Assembly: GCF_009914755.1 (NCBI RefSeq)
Contig: NC_060930.1
Source: the human T2T-CHM13v2.0 reference genome, Homo sapiens
Direction: 5' to 3' (one strand)
DNA length: 64,000 nt
Below, piece after piece: positions 15,570 through 26,985 of the stretch. A program made the position numbers and the translations under genes. Below the pieces are notes generated by a model. The model was not told where the DNA came from. It did no database searches and was given only the letters and a program-made list of their open reading frames with translations. Every line of letters begins with the position of its first letter. Position 1 is the first letter of the stretch.

Positions 15570-15735
15570 CTGTATTTATTGAATGCTTTGTATATGTGAT
15601 ACACTATAAATGCTTTGTTTACATTATCTCATTTAATTCTTATTTTATTCAGAAATGGAGAAATAAAGCTTAAAGAAATTAAATAACAATTAGTAGGTGG
15701 TAAAGCTTAGATTCAAATTCAGTTCTATTTGCTTT
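15570..15735 (-). mobile_element. MIR SINE
   Basis: ATTTATTGAATGCTT..CATTATCTCATTTAATTCT..GATTCAAATTCAG. Confidence 0.7.
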
Positions 15736-15769
15736 TACTTCAGAGAGATTTTAAAATAAGATGTTTACT

Positions 15770-18700
15770 TTCAGATATAATGGAATAACAGGGACAATAT
15801 TTATACTCCTACCTGAAGCAACCTCTGCCCCTGCAAAAAAAAAAAAAAAAAAAAAAAAAAACACTGAAAAATTTGCAAATATAATGAAAACCATAAATCC
15901 AGAGATCCAAGAAGATGAAAAAACCTTAAGCATAAGAAACATGAAGATAATTGCTCCAATGCAAATTGCTTAAAACAAGTGATAAAAGAAAATATTAAAG
16001 GCAAGGATAAAAAAGAAACATTACATATGTTTAGCTGTAAAAAGGTAAGCATGATAGCATATTTCTTAACAGAAATAATGCAAGTCAGAAGATAGTAGAG
16101 CATCATATTTAAAGTACTGAAAGAAAGAAGTGGTTATTTTAGAATTCTCTATATAGTAAAAATATGTTTTTTAAAAATAAGAAACATTTTTTCAAATATT
16201 AAAAAAGCCCAAAGAATTCATAGCCATTAGATCCTCAGTATAAAAAATGTTAAAACAAAAAAGTCCTTTGGACAATGATACTAGATAAAAACCTGCATCC
16301 ACGTAAGAGAATAAAGAACACTGGAAATAGTAAATATGTGGTTAAATGTAAAATACTTTTTTTGATTTTTGTTCAGTTTGTTTGATCCTTTATTGTTTAA
16401 ATAGAAATAATGTATTGTAGAGTTTATAACATGTAGAAAGAAAACATCTGATAGAAGTAGCACAAAGTCTGGGAGACAGAAACAGAAGTAAACTGTGAGC
16501 TTCTTACATTGTACTTAAAGTGTTATTATATTACTTGAAAGTAGACTGTAGTAAGTTAAAGATCTATGCTATAAAACTAAAAATACCACCACTAAAAGGA
16601 TAAAAACAAATATGTAAGTCTTTGTTAGTCAATAAACTAACAAAGAGGATAAAGTGCAATCATGAAAAAAATTAATCCAAAAAAGGTAGAAAAAAGAGAG
16701 CAAAAATCAGACGAACCAAATAGGAAACAAATAGCAAGATGGTAAATTTAAACCCAAGAATATAAATTATCACGATGAATGTGAATGCTCTAATTTTCAT
16801 ATTAAGAGGTAAGATTGGCAATTTGGATTAAAAAAACAAGGCTAAACCATATATTGTCTGCAAGAAATCCACTTTAAATATAAAGAAATAAATAGAAATA
16901 AAATAATGGAAAAAGATGTACTACCGCTAATCAGAAGAAAGCTGGAGTAGTTACGTTAATATCCATTGAAGTAGATTTCTGAACATATAATAAGCCAAAT
17001 CGTTTATGCATTGAATAACAAAGGTTAATAACAAGTTAATAACAGAGACAAACATTTCAAAATGGAAAAAAAAGCTGATAGAACTTCAAGAAGAAATAGA
17101 AAAAATCCTCAATTAGCATCAGAGATTTCAACATTTCGTCTCAATAATTATAGAATAAGTAAATGGAAAATCTACAGGATGTAGAATATTTGAATAACTC
17201 CATCAACAAACTTGATCTTTTATTTCTAGAACCCTACACTCAATGAGCAGAATACACATTCTTTTCTAGTGTACCCAATACATTTATTAAACTATATTTG
17301 GGATCATAAAACAAGTTTCATTAAATTCAAATCTTATAAAGTATATTCTCTAAAAATAAATTGGGAATCATTAACCAAAAAAATTCCTAAAAAGTTCATA
17401 AATATTTGGAAAATGTATAATTCTGCATATCTGATGAGTTAAAGAAGAAATCAAAAGTGAAATCTTTTGAAGGTGAAAACACCACATATGAAAATTTGTA
17501 GACTATAGCTAAAGCAGTCATTAGAGAAAATTTTATAGCCAGAAATGTCTGTATTAGAAAAGAAGAAAAGTTGAAATCATTGACCTCTGATTCTATTTTA
17601 AGAGACTAGAAAAAAGTGCAAACTAATGCCAAAGTAAACAGATATAAGAAAAATACTATGTGAGCAGAAATAAATTTTAAAAAGAGAAAATCAATGACAC
17701 CGAAAATTAGTGACACCGAAAGCTAGTTCTTTGAATGAATTTACAAACTTGATAAACCTCTAGCCAGACTGATCAGAAAAAAAGAGAGGAAACACAAATT
17801 ATCAATATCAGAAATTCTAGAGCTGACATAGATACAGATGCTACCTATATTAAAAGGACAATAAATGAATAGTACAAACAACTTTATGTCCCCAAATTTG
17901 ATGGTTTAGATAAAATGGACACATTTCTTGAAAGACATAAACTACCAAAGTTCACTCTAGAAGGAACAGGTAGCCAGAATAGGTTTGTGTCTACAAGAGA
18001 AATTGAATTTGCTAAAACCTTCCCACAAAGAAAGCTCCAGGCTGAGGCGGCTTCACTAGGCAATTCTACAAACTTTGGAGGAATAAATAATACTAAGTCT
18101 ACACAAACATAGAAAACTGAAGAAAATGGAACACTTACCAACTTATTCTATGAGAATGGCATTACCCTGATACCAAAACCAGAAAAAGATGTTAGAGGAC
18201 AAAAGATTACAGACCAATAACCTTCACGAACATAGATGCAAAAACAATTAACAAAATTTTCTAAATAGAATTCATTAACATTTTTTAAAAAGGCAATAAA
18301 ACTTGATCAAGTGAGGGTGATCCTGGGAATGCAAGTTTCATTTAACATTTGAAAATCAATCAGTGTAATTTATCATATTAATAAAAATGCATATGGTTAA
18401 ATTGATAGAGACTGGAAAAGCCACTGACAAAATTAAATATTATCCCTGATAAAAATTCTCTGAAAACTGTGAATGAAAAGGATATTTCTCAACCTGATGA
18501 AAGGATCTATGAAAAACCTACAGCTATATCACCCTTAATACCAAAAGTCTGAGTGCTTTTTTCCTAAGATCAAGGCAAGGGTATTCTCTTTAATCCCTTC
18601 TGTTCAACATTATACTAGCAGTTCTAGCCAATGCTATAAGGAAAGACAAAATAAAATAAGTCAAAATTGAAATGGTAGAAGAATAAAATTCAGTTTTATT

Positions 18701-20380
18701 TCTACATAAAGTTGGAAGACTTACAATGTCTGTTTTTCAAGACTTATTACTTACAGGAATCAAATAATGTGGTATTGGCATAAGAATAGAGAACTAGATC
18801 AATGGAAAGGCATAAAGAACCCAGAAACAAGCTCAAAATACATGGTGAAATGATTTTCAACAAAGACAATTCTATGGATAAAGGATAATAATTTCAATAA
18901 ATGATGCTGGAATAATTGGAAAGCCATCTGTAAAAAAATGAAATTTGACTATACATTGCAACATGTAAAAAATTAACTTGAAATGGTCCCTACACTTAAG
19001 TGTAAAACCTGAAAAACATAGAACAACTGGAGATAAACATATTTAGAAGTCTTTGTGGTCTTGGGTTAGATCATGAGTATTTAAACACAACATCAAAAAT
19101 ACAATGCAAAAAGAAAAAAGTGATATATTGACCTGTATCACAATTTAAAACATTATTTATGGACTGGGAAAATATATTTGCAAATTACATTTGTTAAAGC
19201 ACTTATATCCAGAGTATTAAAAGAACTCCAAAATATGATAATAAGACAGCAAATGGCCCAATTTTTAAAAGCCAAAAGATTTAAACAGATCATTTACCGA
19301 AAGACATATGGATGGAAAATAAACATATGAAAATATGCTCAACATCATTAATCATCAGGGAAATATAAATTAAAACCACAGTTAGACACCACTACACACC
19401 CACTGAAATGACTCTAATCAGCAAGACAGACAATAGAGTTGGTGATGATGTGGAGAAACTTGAACTTTGTTATTGCTGGTGGGGTTTAAAATAAAACAGT
19501 TTGGCAGTTTCTTAAAAATGTAAACATTGATCTACTGCAAGTTCCAAACATTCCCCCAGGAGAAATGAAATTGTGTGTCCACACATAGACTTTTACATGA
19601 ATGTTCTTAGCAACTTTATTTATAATAGCTGAAAATTGGAATCAACCCAAATGTCCATTGCTATGTGGACATTTGCTATTATATGTACATATTTGCTATT
19701 ATATGTCTTTATAATGTAATACTACTCAGCAATAAAAAGGAACAACTATTAGTCTATGCAGCAACATAGATGATTATCAGAATTGTTATGCAGAGTGGAA
19801 AAAGTTAGACAAATAATATCGTAAAAAATGCAAACTAATCTCGTGACAGAAAGCAGAAATAGTGATTATCTCTAGAAAGGGATCAGGGAGTGGGGAGGTA
19901 CAGGTGGGAGGGATTAAAAAGTAGCATAGGCCAGGCACAGTGGCTCACGCCTGTAATCCCAGCACTCTGGGAGGCCAAGGCAGGCGGATCACGAGGTCAA
20001 GAGATTGAGACCATCCTGGCCAACATGGTGAAACCCCATCTCTACTAAAAATACGAAAAAGTTAGCCGGGCATGGTGGTGCGTGCCTGTAGTCCCAGCTA
20101 CTCAGGAGGTTGAGTCAGGAGAATCGCTTGAACTCAGGAGACGGAGGTTGCAGTGAGCTGAGATCAGGCCACTGCACTCCAGCCTGGCGACAGAGTGAGA
20201 CGCTGTCTCAAACAAACAAACAAACAAACAAACAAAAACTTAGCATGAGGACACTTTTGAGAGTGATTTATTGCCTTGATTCTGGTAATGGTTTCATGAG
20301 TATACATGTATCATAAGATATTACATGGCACATTTTAAATATGTGGAATTTCTGATATATTTATTATATTAAATAAAGCC
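15770..20380 (+). mobile_element. Old L1 (L1MD/L1MC-like): ORF1 end, ORF2 with deletions, 3' UTR
   Basis: A-rich strand; ORF2 remnants (GATAAACCTCTAGCCAGACTGATC, ATTACCCTGATACCAAAACCAG, GATCAATGGAA); 3' UTR GGTAATGGTTTCATGAGTATACA..AATAAAGC; contains an A27 run at 15835-15861. Confidence 0.88.
19929..20238 (+). mobile_element. AluSc inserted in the L1M 3' UTR
   Basis: GATCACGAGGTCAAGAG, ACCATCCTGGCCAAC and AGCCTGGCGACAG diagnostics; (CAAA)n tail; degenerate TSD AAAAA.TAGCAT. Confidence 0.93.
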
Positions 20381-20525
20381 AAGATAAATGTATGAGAGAC
20401 AAATCTATATTACTCTATTTAATTTATTTGAAAATCTTGAATTATATCCTTAGGTATGTTTGACTTGAGTTCCCTCGTGTCTGTAACTATAACTGCTTGA
20501 AACTCCATTGAAAACACTGGACAGA

Positions 20526-22678
20526 GCAGCACATCAAAAAACTTACCCACCACAATCAGGTTGGCCTCATCCCTGGGATGCAAGGCTGGTTCAACATACA
20601 CAAATCAGTAAATGTAATATATCACATAAACAGAACCAATGACAAAAACCACATGATCATCTCAGGAGATGCAGAAAAGGCCTTTGATAAAATTCAAAGA
20701 CCAATGGAACAGAACAGAGACCTCAGAAATAACACCACAAATTTACAATCTCTTGGAATCAGGCAAGAGAAATAAAGTGTATTCAGATAGGAAGAGAGGA
20801 AGTCAAATGGTCTCTGTTTGCAGATGACATGTTTCTATATTTAGAAAACTCCATCATCTCAGCCCCAAAACTCCGTAAGCTGATAAGCAACTTCAGCAAA
20901 GTCTCAGGATACAAAAGCAATGTGCAAAAATCACAAGCATTCCTATACTCCAATAGTAGACAAGCAGAGAGTGAAATCATGAATGAACTCCCATTCACAA
21001 TCGCTACAAAGGGAATAAAATACCTAGGAATACAGCTAACAAGGGATGTGAAGGACATCTTCAAGGAGAACTACAAACCACTGCTCAAGGAAATAAGAAA
21101 GGACACAAACAAATGGAAAAATATTCCATCCTCATGGATAGGAAGAATCCATATCATGAAAGTGGCCATACTCCCCAAAGTAATTTATAGATTCAGTGCT
21201 ATTCCCATCAAACTAAGCAAAAAGAACAAAGCTGGAGGCATCACGCTACCTGACTTTAAACTATACTACAAGGCTACAGTAACCAAAACAGCATGGTACT
21301 GGTACCAAAACAGAAATATAGACCAATGGAACAGAACAGAGACCTTAGAAATAACACCACACATTTACAACCATCTGATCTTCAACAAACCTGACAAAAA
21401 CAAGCAATGGGGAAAGGATTTTCTATTCAATAAATGATGCTGGGAAAACTAGATAGCCATATGCAGAAAACTGACACCCCCTCCTTACACCTTATACAAA
21501 AATTAACTCAAGATGGATTAAAAACTTAAACGTAAAACCCCAAATGATAAAAACTCTAGGAGAAAACCTAGGCAATACCATTCAGGACATAGACATGGGC
21601 AAAGACTGCATGGCTAAAACACCAAAAGCAATTACAACAAAAGCCAAAATTGACAAATGGGATCTAATTAAACTAAAGAGGTTCTGCACAGCAAAAGAAA
21701 CTATCATCAGAGAGAACAGGCAACCTACAGAACAGGAGAAAATTTTTGCAATCTACCCATCTGACAAAGGTCTGATATCCAGAATCTATGAGGAAGTTAA
21801 ACAAATTTACAAAAAACCCACAAACAATTCCATCAAATGTGGGCAAAGTATATGAACAGACACTTCTCAAAAGAAGACATTTATGTGGCCAACAAACATG
21901 AAAAAAAGCTCAAGACATCACTGATTTTTTGAGTCTTGAGAAATGCAAATCAAAAACCACAATGAGATACCATCTCACACCAGTCAGAATGGTGATTATT
22001 AAAAACTCAAAAAAACAACAGATGCTGACAAGGCTGTAGAGAAATAGGAATGCTTTTACACTGTTGGTGGGAATGTAAATTAGTTCAACCATTGTGGAAG
22101 GCAGTGTGGCGATTCCTCAAGGATTTAGAACCAGAAATACCATTTGACCTGGCCATCCCATTACTGTGTATATACCCAAAGGAATATAAATCATTCTACT
22201 ATAGAGACACATGCACATGTATGTTTATTGTGGCACTATTTACAATGGCAAAGACATGGAAGCAACCTAAATGCACATCAGTGATAGACTGGATAACAGA
22301 GACATACACCATGGAATACTATGCAGCCATGGAAAAGAATGAGATCATGTCCTTTGCAGGGACATGGATGAAGCTGGAAGCCATCATCCTCAGCAAGCTA
22401 ACACAGGAACAGAAAACCAAACACCACATGTTCTCACTCCTAAGTGGCAGTTGACCAACAAGAACATATGGACACAAGGAGGGGAACGTCACACACTGAG
22501 GCCTGTTGTGGGGTGGGGTGCTGAGGGGAGGGAACCTAGAGGATGGGTGAATAGGTACAGCAAACCACCATGGTACTTGTATACCTATGTAACAAACCTG
22601 CACATTCTGCACATATATCCCAGAATTTAAAGTAAAATTAAACAAAATAAAAATTAATAAAATAATTTTTTTTTAAAA
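20526..22678 (+). mobile_element. 5'-truncated L1PA (about L1PA8), ORF2 3' half plus 3' UTR, non-functional
   Basis: ORFs 20578-22454 translate to L1 ORF2p pieces ([35 protein letters not shown]); G-rich 3' UTR; A-tail; 15-bp TSD AAA(A/G)CACTGGACAGA at 20511-20525 and 22679-22693. Confidence 0.97.
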
Positions 22679-22995
22679 AAAGCACTGGACAGAACAATGA
22701 GAACTAGCACCAATTCCAAACATTGTCAGTACCAGAGCAAGAATATTCAAGAACATGTTCAGTTGTTTGGACAGCCACTCTTTCTGGTTTGTTAAAGTTA
22801 TGAGTGCCCATCCTTAAACTTACTAGGCTTTAGATCATAATTATTTTTAAAATAATTACAGAAGCCAAGATATCAAGAGAAATCATTTTTAAATAATTGT
22901 AGTTACTCACTTAAAATGGACATTATACAACTTTGAATCTTCACCTTATAAAAACCTTTTTGAAGAATGTTTTCAGAGACAAAATTGTGTAATGG

Positions 22996-23015
22996 TTTTT
23001 TTTTTTTTTTTTTTT
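22996..23015. repeat. T20 homopolymer
   Basis: Seen directly. Confidence 0.95.
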
Positions 23016-23569
23016 GGGTCAAAGAGAAGGAATCTTATATTTAGGACCCATGGCAGTCCAATTTCTACCTCTGATTCATTGTAACCAGGAGCAAGTTTCT
23101 CAGACATCTCCAAGACACACCAAACTCTTGTATGTAGTGCTTTCCTCCTTCCTGCACAAACAAACCACAGTGTGTGGATAAAACTCTAGACTGGGATTAA
23201 GAAACATGCCTCTGGATCAACTGTGTCCACTTCTGCAAAGGACTGTTATACAATCACAAGAAGAAAACAGAGACCAATATTTCCTCATATTTTAACTGAT
23301 TGTTGACATTTTGTGTTCCTAGGGTTTACTGAGACATAAAAAATTATGTTTAAAATTGCTTTTTGATGATTATTAAATTTAAAATATAGATCTTCACCTG
23401 ATAGCTGGCTACGAGTGACCGGAAGACCTGAATCAGATTTTGGACATCTTGCCAGAGACCATGATATTTGCTGGTCTTAGCAGAGAGATCCCACAATAAA
23501 ATTGGCCACACCCACTAGGTCCAATAGCAATTTTCATGGGAAGGTTATGTCAGTTACCTTAAAATAGTA

Positions 23570-23721
23570 CTTACTTCTTCAGTGTGAGTGCAGATACCCA
23601 GGAATCCTGTAAACATGCAGATTCAGGTTTCGTATGGAGAGGACTGACATTCTGAGTTGCTATTGAACTTGCAGCTGATGTCATTGCTGCTGGTCAGTGA
23701 ATCACATTTTGAGTAGCAAGG
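23570..23721. mobile_element. MER5B/MER5A-like MITE
   Basis: ATGCAGATTC...GCTGCTGGTC..CACATTTTGAGTAGCAAGG end. Confidence 0.6.
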
Positions 23722-23812
23722 TCTCAGATTTTTGTTGGACTGTTCCTGAGATGTGAGGAATTGTTGTTCTGTCTCAAAGAGCAGCCATAAAAATCGTGGA
23801 CCTGAAATTGTC

Positions 23813-24244
23813 TGTGGCAGTTAGGATTAGGATTAGCTCTAGGTGCCTATTAGTGGCTTAGACAAGATAATTTCTTTCATGAGGTAAGGAGTCCAGGCCT
23901 GGTATGGTGGCATCATTGCATCAAGACCCATGATCTTTCTCTCTTGTTGGTCACTCATATTTAGTATATCACTTTAGGGTCCAAGATGACTGTTTGTCAG
24001 CTGCTTAATTTTAATTGAGTCAGCAAGAACACTGAGGTAGCAGAAAAGGCTGTGACTTACAGCTTTAGTGATAAGTCTTGGAAGCTACGTAGATAATTTC
24101 TATTTACATCTTACAGGTGAAGTGGTCTCATAGCCACACCTAGCTGCAAGGGAGACTGGGTAGCAATGTGCTCATCTGCAAAGTGAAATTCTTTTTCAAG
24201 ACAGGAGGTTGGACTTTGGGAGGCAACTAGCAGCCTCTGCTACA
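23813..24244 (-). mobile_element. MLT1J-like MaLR LTR
   Basis: AGTGGCTTAGACAAGATA; GCCACACCTAGCTGCAAGGGAGACTGGG; GGCAACTAGCAGCCTCTGCTACA. Confidence 0.75.
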
Positions 24245-25622
24245 GTGTTTGTGAACTGATTTTGGTTAAAAGGACTGCAATTCTCAATGATGCATTACAG
24301 CTCAGTTCAGCAATGAGCCATGTAACCTTGGACTTAACCTATATAGAGCTTAGTTTTTAGGTTTGTAAAATAAGGGGCTTACACCAGGACTGAAATAGCA
24401 GGAAAGCTGTAGAGAGAGCAGTGGAGCAGTCTCTGACAGTTAAAACATACCTAAGAAACATATCTGTCTTGCCAGGCAAGAACAATCTCTACTTCCACAT
24501 ATACTCAGGCTTATAGGTTACAATTTCATCATCTTCCCTCTCTTATTCTCCCGTCCAGCCTGCCCTCAATGTGCAATATAGTTTATGTGGAAATTATTTC
24601 CCATTATGGCTCTATTTCTTTTCTTCAATAGGGACAACACTTTCAAAATATTTAATAAGTAGCAGTTAAAGAATAACATCAATGAAAATTTTTTAAATGT
24701 TTTTTTTTCCAGAAATTACTGCTGATGTTTACTTAAATAGGGTACCTATTTCCAATTCTGACTTTAATAGTTTCTTAAAAGAGTGAAGGACATCTGTACA
24801 GCTTCTGAGGAATACAAGAAAGTATGTATATTTTTGTCAGATGACATCATCTCTTTTGACTAAGTGAAAGGAGAAGGTGCACAAGTATTGAGGATCTTAT
24901 TTAGCTTTTGAAAGTTAAGGAAGCGGATTCAAAAGAATATATGTTTGTTGTACAATTTAAGGGAGTCTTTTAAAAGGAGAAAAGAAATCATGGTGTGAAG
25001 GTTTACTGTATGTTTTGCATTAAACCATAAAGCATTCCATAAGATTCATGGGGTCTGTGAAATACTATATTCTAACCAGAAAGTACCCATGCCTAATCCT
25101 GTTTAAGCTACTATCGTTGGATGTGTAAGACCCTGATGGTTTATACATATGAACAACCATGTGTAAAGTCTGTAACAATCTACATGAAGGCATTTTACTG
25201 ACCAATTTCATCCTCTTATATAAAGGAAATTGGACTCTAGGGGCGTGTATATTTATTAAATTCCATTTCCCTCACTTGCTCATTAAAAATCTGTCCTTCT
25301 TTTTAAATAATTCCCTTGTATAAAACTAGAAACTAAGGAAGCATACTTTTAAATTGTAGACTTTTCTGTTTTTCAGCATTTTGAGGAACAATAAGTCTCA
25401 AAATTACAAGAACTCCCATAACTTTAGAAAATACAAATACAGATGTTAGCATAATTTGAGGTAATAGTAGATATATTATTTAATTTTATTAAGTTTCTCT
25501 GACCTCTCCAAGACCCACCGAACTTTTATATGGAGCTCTTGCCTCCTTTCTGCACAAATAGTATTGTAGAAAATTCAGACTAATCTAGCTGCAGTGTGTG
25601 GGAAACACTTCCTTTTAACCAC

Positions 25623-26359
25623 TATTATCATTCAGGGTCCAGCTAGGAGACAGAAAACACACAGTAATCTGAATAATTAATGTTTCTTATAGAGCATTAT
25701 TAATTAGTAGTTAGGGATTAATTACTAAGCGGTAAAGAGAACTTCTAGGAATACAGGAACAGGAGAGAATGCAGTCACTGATGCCATGGCTAAGTCCAAG
25801 TACCGACGGGAAGGACTGAATCTGGAAGCGGCCCCTGCCTCCATGCTGAGATTCAGTCCTGTTGGAGAGGGCATGGCTGCAGCCCACTGGATGGAGGAGA
25901 AGCTCCCTGAAGTGGGATCGTAGGACAAACAGGAAACTTCTTGCTGGGATGCCAGTGAAACTTACTGGGAAATCATCTAGAACACAGGCAGAACACTGTA
26001 GGAAACCATTCAATGAGGTGCCTGCCAGACTTTCTGGGTTGCTGGCTGGGGTACCAGTTGAACTTGCTAGCAAGCTGCCTGCAGGATTGCTGCTGGATTG
26101 CTAGGTAACCGAGCTACCAGCGTCCCACATGCTGGCGGACACTGCAGGAGCCAGAAGGGAGGAAACACTGAGTGAGGAAGAGAAATCCTTTTCTTCTCCA
26201 CTGTTCCACTGTCACCCTCTACTGATAATACTTACAACTGTGCCAGTCGACAAACGGAGTCGACAAAAGGAGAAATGTTTAGAGGGTCCAGCTGCAGTAT
26301 CACAAGGCAGTACAATGAGGGATTTGGACTTGAGGAGCAATAAATTGATAGCTGGCACA
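25623..26359 (-). mobile_element. ERVL solo LTR, LTR41-like
   Basis: Reverse complement starts TGTGCCAGCTATCAATTTATTGC..GCTGGACCCTCTAAACATTTCTCCTTT; explains the GC-rich ORFs at 25711-26383. Confidence 0.75.
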
Positions 26360-26697
26360 AAACTATGTTTTTTTTTAATTTAAGTAACTGAAGACGAATT
26401 TGTATTATTACAATGGAAAAGTATGACACTTGTTCTGGCTCTAATCTGGTTATGGCTATGGAATAGCCATAACCAGTGTTGTTTGGGAAATTAATACTAG
26501 TCTAAATAGATTCATGGAAACATACCATAATTTATAGGGGAAAGTCTATGGGATCAAAGCATTTTAATAAAATTAAAGTCTTTTAATCTGAAAGATTGTC
26601 CAATCCCTCATTCTAGAAAGTAGAGGAAGACTGAAACCTAGAAGAATTAAATGACTAATTTAAGCCTGAAGAATTAGTTAGTGAAAGAGATAACTGA

Positions 26698-26985
26698 TTT
26701 GTTCAATGAATATTTATTTATTGGGTGCTACCGGGTGCTATTGGTCCAATGTGCAGAAGATACAGCAATGAACAAAATGGAGTCACTTCCTGCACTCAAG
26801 GAGCTTACATTTTGGTAGAGGGCATGAGACAATAAACTGAGAAGCAAATAAATACATAATAATTTGGGTATTAAAGGTGCTATGACAAAAAAAAGCAGGG
26901 TAAGAAGATAGAAAATAATAAGTGGGATGGTGGGGGAGGTTGTGCTGTTTATATTGGTGGCATTTAAGCAGAAACTTGAACGTTC
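26698..26985 (-). mobile_element. L2a 3' fragment
   Basis: TTCAATGAATATTTATT..GATACAGCAATGAACAAAA..CCTGCACTCAAGGAGCTTACATT. Confidence 0.8.

Noticed and set aside
20578-22630. Longest ORFs (202, 134, 103 aa) as protein-coding genes
   Set aside because: Fragments of L1 ORF2p in a 5'-truncated element with stops, frameshifts and deletions
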